A DNA stretch of 63,887 nucleotides, counting the filler, from Chrysochromulina tobinii (taxonomy: Eukaryota), in NCBI GenBank assembly GCA_001275005.1. It is 7 parts of 7 records of this genome, joined end to end, with 100 filler letters (N's around TTAATTAATTAA, not from the genome) between each part and the next. Parts side by side here need not be neighbours in the genome. Positions count along the whole stretch, not along the records: positions 1 to 18,526 come from JWZX01001187.1; 6 more parts are not named here. One strand, given 5' to 3'. Both the position numbers and the translations under genes were made by a program. Below, piece by piece: positions 9,786-18,626 of this stretch. The notes beneath the pieces are model-generated. The model had not been told where the DNA came from. It saw only the letters and a program-made list of their open reading frames with translations, and did not search any database. Every line of letters starts with the position of its first letter. The first letter of the stretch is position 1.

Positions 9786-12700
9786 ATGCCGCCACCGAAG
9801 CAGGAGGATGTCGAAAACTACGACAACAAGAAGTGCTTCGTGTGCGGACGCGGAACGTCTAAGGGGTGGATGTTCTCACCAGACGGCGACTCGACCAAAG
9901 AGGAGCGTGTCTGGGTCTGCACGGGAAGAACAGGCGACGCGGGCGTGAAACACAAAGAGAAGAAGAAGGACATGCTGCTGAAAGAGGGCAAATCGTTCGT
10001 GACTTGGGACAAAAAGACGGGTGGGACCATTCCAAAGGCAAACCATCCCTCCAAACTGACCGTTGCCGGTGCTCCTTCCGAGGCAGCCACATGGGACGGT
10101 ATGGAGCAGGAGCATGGGTATGCGCCGCAGGCCGTCGAGTATCATCAGCAACAACAGCCGAACTCGATCGCGGCGGCGGATCTGGGCGGAGACGGCGACC
10201 TCGATCACGACCTGCTGTTAGCGACCTTAATCAGAAGCGGCCGTGAGCTGATCAACGCGGGTAACGGCACCTTCCCGACGAGCATTGAGCTGCCTGGCGC
10301 CTTACCGACGAGCTTTCGATTGGGATTCGACACCCCGGGGAGTACGGACTCGGACTGGGACTCCCTGCAAGACCTTCAAGGCCTTCTGAACAGCGTCTCT
10401 GAGGACCCCCGTGGAAGCGTCCCGCAGAGCCCGGTCACATCGGCCCAGCAGAACAGCTCGCCCAGCGCGCTGCCGTCGTGTTCAGGCTACCCGAGCCACG
10501 ACCCGCACACACAGTCCTTCACAGTCCTTCACAGTCCTTCACAGTCCGACCCACTGGCCGCCGATGAGCCGCTGGCCCGATCGAAAAGGCCACGGCCCGA
10601 TTTCCTGAGCCGCCTTGAACATTGCATCTCGCGCGCGCCGGAAGAATCGGACGAAGAGTACACGCGCAGGTGCGCCGCTTTGCACAGGCAGTTTCAGCTT
10701 GTTGCCACATACCTTGGGTCCGTGGCCGCCGGTCCCTTTGGTCCGTGCCCAGATGCCTCGACCCAGACTGCCCAGTTCGACGCCCTGCAGCAGCAAGTTG
10801 AGGCAGCCGCCGTAAGTGATGGCGTGGAGCTGCCCTTTGCCTTGCGGTCGCTCCCCTCGCAATCTCCCTCGCAATCTCAAGCAGCCGGCCACGATGATGT
10901 CGACATTCATCAGCAGATGCTCCACGTGATGCTCGGCGCACTCTCCCTCACCGCACAGCCTGCTGCAGTGGCCCCTGCTGCCTCGTCATCGACGCACGTC
11001 GACTTCCTCTTCGTCGTTTGCTCGCCAAAGGTGAGTCCCCTTCCCCAAGCCTCGATCGAGGCGCATGCCAACGCCGCGTGCGTCGAGCGCGCGGGCCTGA
11101 CCGCGCTCGTACACTCCAACGGCAACCTCACGGAGCTCAATACCATCATCCTGCACCGGCAGCCGCGCGTCATCGTCTTTGCCGGCCACGCGGATGCGTC
11201 GCATCCCTCCTCGAAGCGCACGCTCGGCCTGACTGATGCCTCGGGCAATCTCATCATCATGGAGCCCGACACCATCGCGCGCATCTTCTCCCAGCCGAGC
11301 GAGCGGCTGGAGCTCGTTAGCCTCAACGGCTGCTGCAGCTCGGAGCTATGCGAGGCAATCACGCGCCGCTTCTCGCTGCCGACCTGCGGCTGGAGCTCGC
11401 GCACCGCGGATGCGGCGGCCAAGGCGCACTCGCTCGGCCTCGTCGACGTGCTCGTGCAGCGCATGAAGGCCAGACCAGCGGCTGGGCGGCTCACCAGCGG
11501 CGACCTGAACGCCGCCTTCAATAATGCCGAGCGCTCAGTGCTGGCAGCAGTCGCCAGCGGCGGCACAAGCAAGTGGGCGCTCGTCGACCCCGATGGCTGC
11601 GTCGATCACATGACGCCGGATGGCAAGTGGGCAGCGGGAGTGCCGGTGCAGCTAGTGCCGCTGCCGCCGAGTAAGCTGCTGTCCAACCTCGGCTCCTTCC
11701 CCTCGCTGCCCTCCCACTACGTTCCCCGGGAGGAGGAGGAGCGGCTGTGCGCTGCGCTGCTCGCTCGGGCCGCGCCGATGTTCGCCCTCTCGGGCGCGAG
11801 GGCGGCGACAAGCAGTGTGGCGGGCGTGGCAGGCCTCGGCAAGACGACCATCATGACCTGGCTCGGGCGCAGCGTTCGCGTGCAAACCGTCTTCAGCGAC
11901 GGCATCTGCTGGCTGGCGTTTGGGCAGGAGCGCGACGCGTTCGGGCGGATGCGGGAGCTTGCAGAGATGCTGGGCATGCCGCGTGACGAGATCAAAGAGC
12001 TGCGGGACGTAACAGACGCGGCGCGGCAGCTGCAGCCGCGGCTGAAGGGCAAACGGATGCTGCTCATGCTCGACGACGTGTGGCGGCTGGAGCAGGCGAA
12101 GCCGTTCAAGGGGCTGGCGAGCGAGGGCGTCTCCGTGCTGCTCACCACGCGCAAGGGTGAGATCGTAGACTTTTGTGGCGAGCAGCTGCTGCCGCTCAGC
12201 CCGATGGCGGATGCCGTGGCGCTGCGGACGCTCGTGGAGAGCAGCGGCAAGACGGAGGCGGCGCTGCGCGGCGCAGAGCCCGAGGCGCTGGTGGCGCTGC
12301 TCAAAAAGTGCAGCGGACTGCCCGCGATGCTGCGCATGGTGGGGCAGAGGTGCAGCTGTGGGGAAGTTGGAGCGGTCCTGCACTTTTTGGAGACGCACAA
12401 GCTTGAGCACGAGGTACCGACGAGCCTCGAGGCTGCCGAGGGGTACGGCAACCTGTTTGTGATGCTTGAGGGGCAGCTGGACGATATCGAGCAGCATCAG
12501 GATGAGCAGCTGGCGCGGCAGTGCACCATGCTGGCGGCACTGCCCGAGGACACGCCGGTCCCGCTAGATGTGCTGCAGTTGCTGTGGGGGCTGGGCAAGG
12601 CTGGTACGCAACAGCGCGTCGACCTGCTGGCAAAGAGGCACCTCGTCGAGCCCAGCGCCGATGGGAAGGGGATTGCGCCGCTCCTCGACGTGGTGCGAGA

Positions 12701-13553
12701 CTACCTGGCCTGCCGCGCGAAAAGCGAGCTGAAAGGGTGGCACGCTGCGATGGTGCGAGGCTGGATGGAGGGATGCGGAGAGGTGCTGACGAGGCAGGAG
12801 GGTGAATACTGGTGGAAGAGCCTGGGCCACCACATAACTGGGGCGGGTGGGGCGGTCACCATCCCCGCCTCGGTCATCTCCATCAGCGGTGGCGCCTTCG
12901 CTGCCTGCAGCGGCCTCACCTCGGTCGCCATCCCCGCCTCGGTCACCTCCATCGGCAGATTTGCTTTCCAAGGCTGCATCTGCCTTACTTCGGTCACCAT
13001 CCCTGCCTCGGTCACCTCCATCGGCAATTGGGCATTCTCTTATTGCAGCGGCCTCATCTCGGTCACCATCCCCGACTCAGTGACCTCAATCGGCTATGAC
13101 GCCTTCTTCGGCTGCACCGGCCTCACCTCGGTCATCATCCCCGCCTCGGTCACCTCCATCAACGGTTGCTTTCACGGCTGCAGCGGCCTCACCTCGGTCA
13201 ACATCCCCGCCTCAGTGATCTCTATCGGCGGTGGCGCCTTTCTCGGCTGCAGCGGCCTCACCTCGGTCACCATCCCCGCCTCGGTCACCTCCATCGGCGA
13301 TGAAGCCTTCCGCGGCTGCACAGGCCTCACCTCGATCACCATCCCCGCCTCGGTCACCTCCATCGGCCGTAGCGCCTTCCTCGGCTGCAGCGGCCTCACG
13401 GTCACCGTCGCCTCGGTCACTCTAGACCTCATCGGCATTGACGCCTTCTCTGGGTGCACAGTCCTCACCCCAGCGCCAGCCGCCAATGGCAATGCTAGGT
13501 CGTGGTGGACCTCGATGATAGAATCACTCACCGCACCGAGGATGCGTAAGTAA
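9786..13553 (+). CDS. NLR-like STAND protein: CHAT/caspase-like protease + NB-ARC + BspA-type LRR (LRR_5)
   Basis: CHAT-like motifs VIVFAGHA (His 11187) and LVSLNGCCS (Cys 11331). NB-ARC motifs: Walker A GVAGLGKTT, Walker B LLMLDDVW, LLTTR, CSGLPAML, and the MHD-equivalent LLDVVRDY. About 9 repeats of 23 aa, LTSVTIPASVTSIGxxAFxGC. Confidence 0.9.
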   Translation: MPPPKQEDVENYDNKKCFVCGRGTSKGWMFSPDGDSTKEERVWVCTGRTGDAGVKHKEKKKDMLLKEGKSFVTWDKKTGGTIPKANHPSKLTVAGAPSEAATWDGMEQEHGYAPQAVEYHQQQQPNSIAAADLGGDGDLDHDLLLATLIRSGRELINAGNGTFPTSIELPGALPTSFRLGFDTPGSTDSDWDSLQDLQGLLNSVSEDPRGSVPQSPVTSAQQNSSPSALPSCSGYPSHDPHTQSFTVLHSPSQSDPLAADEPLARSKRPRPDFLSRLEHCISRAPEESDEEYTRRCAALHRQFQLVATYLGSVAAGPFGPCPDASTQTAQFDALQQQVEAAAVSDGVELPFALRSLPSQSPSQSQAAGHDDVDIHQQMLHVMLGALSLTAQPAAVAPAASSSTHVDFLFVVCSPKVSPLPQASIEAHANAACVERAGLTALVHSNGNLTELNTIILHRQPRVIVFAGHADASHPSSKRTLGLTDASGNLIIMEPDTIARIFSQPSERLELVSLNGCCSSELCEAITRRFSLPTCGWSSRTADAAAKAHSLGLVDVLVQRMKARPAAGRLTSGDLNAAFNNAERSVLAAVASGGTSKWALVDPDGCVDHMTPDGKWAAGVPVQLVPLPPSKLLSNLGSFPSLPSHYVPREEEERLCAALLARAAPMFALSGARAATSSVAGVAGLGKTTIMTWLGRSVRVQTVFSDGICWLAFGQERDAFGRMRELAEMLGMPRDEIKELRDVTDAARQLQPRLKGKRMLLMLDDVWRLEQAKPFKGLASEGVSVLLTTRKGEIVDFCGEQLLPLSPMADAVALRTLVESSGKTEAALRGAEPEALVALLKKCSGLPAMLRMVGQRCSCGEVGAVLHFLETHKLEHEVPTSLEAAEGYGNLFVMLEGQLDDIEQHQDEQLARQCTMLAALPEDTPVPLDVLQLLWGLGKAGTQQRVDLLAKRHLVEPSADGKGIAPLLDVVRDYLACRAKSELKGWHAAMVRGWMEGCGEVLTRQEGEYWWKSLGHHITGAGGAVTIPASVISISGGAFAACSGLTSVAIPASVTSIGRFAFQGCICLTSVTIPASVTSIGNWAFSYCSGLISVTIPDSVTSIGYDAFFGCTGLTSVIIPASVTSINGCFHGCSGLTSVNIPASVISIGGGAFLGCSGLTSVTIPASVTSIGDEAFRGCTGLTSITIPASVTSIGRSAFLGCSGLTVTVASVTLDLIGIDAFSGCTVLTPAPAANGNARSWWTSMIESLTAPRMRK

Positions 13554-13641
13554 GTAAGTAAGCAAGTAAAACACGACACAGACTGCAACCGGTCGTCGTC
13601 GCCGTGTCGGTTCTCTATCTGATGTCCTCCCACCGTGCCCC

Positions 13642-15312
13642 TCACGCGGATGGCGAGCTGCTGCTGGCTTGCAACTCTCTTCCCTCGACCCCTTTGCCAT
13701 ACTTGGGCATGCCGATGATTTGCACCTCCCGCCCGTCGGACCCTTTGCACAGGCACGTGCCGCGCACGTTGCACACGGGCTGCTCCGTCTTGGCATTGTA
13801 CTCGACGTTCCCGTGCTCCTCCCAGAGCACGCAGCCCGCCGCCTCGGTCGCGCTCGCCGTCGTCCCCAGCCACTTGCGACCGTACCCCTGCCGGCCCGCC
13901 GCCTGCTGGCACTCGGCCGCGCTCAACGGGCGCGCGCCGGCGGCCTTGCAGCTTCTCGCCATGAGCGCCGCACTGCGGCGAGGCGTGCCATCCTCAGCCG
14001 CCGCGGAGACACCACCCAAGAGACCGCTTGCACTCGTCTTGGTGGAGGCGACGAGGGCGGCGGCGGCGCCGGCCGCGGCGCCGCCGCCTCCCGTCAGCGC
14101 GTCCGCAGCAGGCGGGGCGAGCTCGCAGGCCAACGGACGGAACTTGGCGCACTCGATCGTCGCGCATTGGGCGCAGAGCTCCTGGGACGCCGCCGAGAGG
14201 CGCGCCGTGCTCGGCACCCCCAGCGGAGGCACGAGGGGCGGCGCCGGCGCGGCGGGGGGAGCACGCAGCTGCGCGAGCACCCGTGCGGTGTGTGCATAGT
14301 CGGCGACCTCGCAGTGGCAGAGCGCGTGGTCCTTTTGGATCATCCAGTCGGCGCACGCGCCGCAGCCCAGCCGCCGGCCGCCCGAGCGCGAGTTGAACGC
14401 GAGCGACTCCTCGTCATAGAGTCGGGGGGAAACGAAGGTGTGACGAGACACGTGGCGCGCGACGCCGGGCAGTAACGACATGGTCGAGCCTGTCGAGATG
14501 AGGAACGGGGCATAGTACATGATCGCCAGGTCCTCGAACATCGAGTGCGCGCAGTTGGACACGAACACCTCGATCTGCAACTCGGTCTGAAGGAACCGGA
14601 TGAGGTCCTCCATGTACGACGTGCACACGCTCGTCTGCTCTGGGTTGGAGAAGTCATCGGCGACGCACGTGAGCAGGTGGAGCTGGCGCAGCGGCGCCTT
14701 GAAGCGCCGACGGTACCGGCGCGCCGCCGCCTTGTAGAAGCTGTACCGTTGGAAGTGGTACTGCGAGTGCCGGTTGAGCGGCGCCGACGCGCACCGAAAG
14801 TGGAGCACGGGCGCCGAGACGGTCGCGCGAATGCCGCACTTGTCGAAGGCGTGATCGAGCGTGTGCTCGACGAGCGGCTGCATCGACTCCCAGAAGCGCG
14901 CGGTCGCGTTCTCGTACACAAACCAGTCCCAGCGGCCCGCCGGCCTGACCTTCGGGATCGTGGCCGTCTTGAAGTTGATCCCGCCGGGCAGGCAGGAGTC
15001 GTAGAAGCGCATGCCGTCCGTGCGGCGTGGGCGCTTGAACTTGGGCGCGCCCTTTCTGATGGCCTCCGCCAGGTCCTGAAAGTAGTTGGATAAGTAGTTG
15101 CCCACGAGCATGTCGACGTGCGTCGCCTTCGACTGCCGCCACTTGGTCACGCCCCGTGAGGCCTTCTCGCGCTTGGAGGAATTGTTGAAGAGGATGGTTG
15201 CCCATTCAGGTGTGGACGACGCGGCAGCCGCAGCCGCGGGCGCGGGCGCGGGCTCAGCCGCGGCCGAGGCGGCGGCCGTGAGCAGCACCCTGACGAACAC
15301 TTTCGGCGCCAT
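13642..15312 (-). CDS. Putative secreted or Golgi glycosyltransferase, GT11 (alpha-1,2-fucosyltransferase)-like, with a Cys-rich C-terminus
   Basis: Signal-like MAPKVFVRVLLTAAASAA. PVLHFRC and EDLAIMYYAPFLISTGSTMS resemble the GT11 HVRRGD and DLxLM...I.ANSTFS motifs. Confidence 0.55.
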   Translation of the reverse strand: MAPKVFVRVLLTAAASAAAEPAPAPAAAAAASSTPEWATILFNNSSKREKASRGVTKWRQSKATHVDMLVGNYLSNYFQDLAEAIRKGAPKFKRPRRTDGMRFYDSCLPGGINFKTATIPKVRPAGRWDWFVYENATARFWESMQPLVEHTLDHAFDKCGIRATVSAPVLHFRCASAPLNRHSQYHFQRYSFYKAAARRYRRRFKAPLRQLHLLTCVADDFSNPEQTSVCTSYMEDLIRFLQTELQIEVFVSNCAHSMFEDLAIMYYAPFLISTGSTMSLLPGVARHVSRHTFVSPRLYDEESLAFNSRSGGRRLGCGACADWMIQKDHALCHCEVADYAHTARVLAQLRAPPAAPAPPLVPPLGVPSTARLSAASQELCAQCATIECAKFRPLACELAPPAADALTGGGGAAAGAAAALVASTKTSASGLLGGVSAAAEDGTPRRSAALMARSCKAAGARPLSAAECQQAAGRQGYGRKWLGTTASATEAAGCVLWEEHGNVEYNAKTEQPVCNVRGTCLCKGSDGREVQIIGMPKYGKGVEGRELQASSSSPSA

Positions 15313-15569
15313 CTGTGGTGAGCGCTTCGTGCGCGCGATGTTCCCGTGAAGAGTAAGAGATGGGCAGGGGAACACACGCCTTGCATGCAAGTGGAACAAG
15401 AGGGGGGAGGGGGGGAAGGGTGATTTTGCAGGAAGATGCGGGATTGAAAGCAAGTCTTTTCGATGGGCATGCTGAAGTGATTTGAGCTTTTGAGGCTCTC
15501 CGCCTTAGCTAGAGACCGGTATGGTTTCTTTCTAACACGTCGATTACCCCCGAGGTGATCATACATGTG

Positions 15570-17029
15570 TCACGGCATGGTGATGTGCCTGAAGTCGCGC
15601 ATCGACTTGCGGCGTGCGGCCCACCTCTCCGCCCCCACCTCGTCGCCACCCTCGCCACCCTCACCGTCTTCGCTGTCTTCGCTGTCGCCGTTGGACATCA
15701 AGCGGGCAAGAAGCGGGGCACCTGTCAAGGAGCCATACTGGACATTATGGCGGACAAGTTGGATGGTCACCTGCCCGTCTCTGCAACTATCACCTGCAGT
15801 TTTGCCATCGTAGATTACCTTGAAAATTGAGCCTCGCCGGCATACAGTCCATGGCGACAATCTGGAAGCTGCCGCCCTTGCCCTCCTGCTCGAGGCGACC
15901 GAATGCAGCAGTGACCTTGCCATCGGCCCAGAGCTGGACGTTGTAAAAGCAGTTCGCGTTGGCACGGTCCTTGTGCTTGTGGCCAAGGGACGCATCGATG
16001 ATCAGGCGCCGCTCCTCGACGAGGGCCACGTCGTAGGGCAGGTCCGCGACGTGTCATTATGCCCTTGGTTGAAATCGATTGGTCGAGTACAACATCGCCA
16101 ACCAACGTGGTCCTCATCGACGCGCCCACGTAGTCGTGAGGCCACCCGAGCTCGTGGGCAATATTGGTGAAGGACTCCATGCCGGTTGAAATGATCGTGT
16201 TGTTCTTCTCATCATCATTAACATCATCCGTGAGGATCAGGACAAGGGTGGTGATCACCTCTGGTACTTACGAAGCCACATCAGCATGGTGGCGTCGATC
16301 GAGAAGATCACGACGTCCGTTCCAGGTTCTTGCATGATCTCTTGCGTGGAGTTGCCATCCGCATCAAGAGACGGGCGCGAGTCGGTGTGTAAGCCCGTTT
16401 TCGCCTCGACGTCGCCGTTGTAAATACGCACGTCGAATAGGTTGAAGCCCGGGTGGGCCATCGTCTCCTTGCTCAGGTAAGGGGTCAGCGTGCGCCGCGC
16501 CAACCGACCAAGCTCAGCTAAGCAAGGTGTAACGTGCCGGATTGAATTCCACGCCTCAGCGCCGTACACTACGCTGTAGCTGGCGAGCCTCGCCATCGCC
16601 TCGCCATTGGGCGCCACCCCGCTTTGATAGCACACTCCGAAGCGGAGCCGGGCGGGCGAGGGATGCGAGGTCTCTCGTAGAAGGCTTAGAGGTACAAGGC
16701 TTCTCGTAGAAGGCAACCGCGCATCGCGGTTTCCCCGACCGGGAATGACGGAAACAATATCCATGCCCCGATGATACGTCCTGAACCGCTCGAAGCGATC
16801 CCGATGAGACCCAGCTGCAGGGATTGATGGTGCGCCATCCACAATCCGGTATCCCGCTCGACGGAGCTAAGCTCACCAACGCCCACAACAGCGCCGTCCA
16901 CGACATACAGCTTACCGTCAAGCACTGCCGCCGCCGAAGCGTATAGCTTCGCAAGGGGATGCGGAGCGACTGCCTCCCAGGCATCCGTCAAGCGATCCCG
17001 ATGAGACCCAGCTGCAGGGATTGATGGTG
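15570..17029 (-). pseudogene. Broken mosaic: Kelch fragment, AlkB-like 2OG-Fe(II) oxygenase and WGR domain, split by frameshifts
   Basis: Kelch motif AAAVLDGKLYVVDG. Oxygenase motifs FNLFDVRIY..GLHTD...VVIFS, then AHEL..MRTTLV in another frame. WGR-like FYNVQLW..VTAAFGR, then FKVIYDGKT after a shift at about 15825. Confidence 0.55.
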
Positions 17030-17105
17030 TGGGATCGTGCGCTGGCTGGAGCGCAAGCGCCCATGGTGAGAGCGCAGGTGCGCAGGTGCGCGCGTCGCGA
17101 GCCGA

Positions 17106-17699
17106 TCATTGAGCTCGGTGTGCAGGAGCTCGTCTGAAGAGCGCATGCACATCGGCCTCCTCGAAGACGACGGGCCACAAGACCGCCTGGACCATCATGA
17201 CGAAGAATTCCTTCGACGTCGTGTGGTCACCCTTGGCCCATGAACACGCGAGCAAATCTTGCGCCTTGTCGCAGTGCTGGACCAAGGCCTCCCAAAGCGT
17301 CCCCGCCGCCGCCGGTGGAGGAACGTAATAGAGCTTCTTGCAGAAGGCCTGGCGACAGTCAGAGACGCCGTAGTATTCCGCGTCCAAGGGTCGAGGTGGT
17401 TGGATAACGAGCGTAGAGCGGTCCCTACTCTTGAGTGTGTCCGCCACGTCCTGGTCGTAGACGTCGTACACGATCGGGTTGGCCGCCTTGGAACTAAAAG
17501 GAGGCGGCTGCGTTGATTTCTTCGTGAGCATGATCCGGTCCTCGGGTGGCCCATCCAGTTGGGGCAACACCTGAGTGAGCTCCAGCTTGAAGGTGTGCTG
17601 GGAGCCTGCCACAACGCGATCTTCTGCACTGTCGTGATCGAACACCGCTTCTTCAGCTTGAATTCGCAATGGATCACCTTCCAGTTGGTGTGCTGGCAC
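17106..17699 (-). CDS. Hypothetical protein or gene fragment (197 aa)
   Basis: ORF with globular-looking composition and a GTG start; no motif recognised. Confidence 0.35.
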   Translation of the reverse strand: MPAHQLEGDPLRIQAEEAVFDHDSAEDRVVAGSQHTFKLELTQVLPQLDGPPEDRIMLTKKSTQPPPFSSKAANPIVYDVYDQDVADTLKSRDRSTLVIQPPRPLDAEYYGVSDCRQAFCKKLYYVPPPAAAGTLWEALVQHCDKAQDLLACSWAKGDHTTSKEFFVMMVQAVLWPVVFEEADVHALFRRAPAHRAQ

Positions 17700-17901
17700 A
17701 CCGCCTCGCCGTAGACGGCGAAGTTCGTCTCCTCCTAAGCAGAAGGTGTCGAGAGCGTGACGGTTGGCCTCCGTCGGGTTGAGGAAGGTAAGGATGCCAT
17801 TAGAGCAGCAAAGGGATTATGGCGCTGGCGGCATTGAGGAACCTGGGCTGCTGCTGACGTGCAACACAACGCGGGTGACCAACACTTAATTAACGGATGA
17901 C

Positions 17902-18412
17902 GGGGGGTTTGTTCTCAAATTTGGGGGGGTTTGTTATCAGGATACGTATCCCATGTATCATGCATGTATCATGCATGTATCGTGAAAGTATCTTGATGTG
18001 TCCCGTTCATATACATCAAGATACATCAGGATACAACAAGATACATTTGCAGATACGTACCTCTCTGGATACAATTGAGATACATGTATCTCATTATGTA
18101 TCTCTCATGTATCCCGCATGTATCCTAAATGTATCCTCGAACCTCTGCAGATACATGTATCTCATATGTATCCCGCATGTATCCTTACATGTATCCCGCA
18201 TGTATCCCACGTGCAAGATACATATATCCTGATGTATCTGATATGTATCCCAAAATGTATCTTGGACTCGTTTGGGATACGTGTGAAATACATGCAAAAA
18301 ATCAAGATACATGTATTCTCTTGGAATGTAACAGGGCATTCAAAATACATCTAAGATACATCAGGATACATTAGGGATACATGTATCCTTCAGGATACAC
18401 GCAGGATACATC
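17902..18412. repeat. AT-rich GATAC/GTATC/TACATGTA repeat element
   Basis: GC content drops sharply. Many GTATC and GATAC words occur in both orientations, after a GGGGGGTTTGTT doublet. Confidence 0.8.
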
Positions 18413-18526
18413 ACGACTAACCCAATTAACAACACGACGGCACCGTGATGGCTGCACGCGCGGGTGACCTATGGGACGCCACGCACGGAGGCACATGGGC
18501 ACGAGATGAGAAGAGGGATAGAGAAC

Positions 18527-18626
18527 NNNNNNNNNNNNNNNNNNNNNNNNNNNNNNNNNNNNNNNNNNNNTTAATTAATTAANNNNNNNNNNNNNNNNNN
18601 NNNNNNNNNNNNNNNNNNNNNNNNNN
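18527..18626. other. Artificial contig spacer
   Basis: N44-TTAATTAATTAA-N44; the core has stops in all six frames. Confidence 0.98.

Noticed and set aside
17897..18374. Tyr/Ile/Cys/Met-rich ORFs
   Set aside because: They are translations of the GATAC/GTATC repeat.
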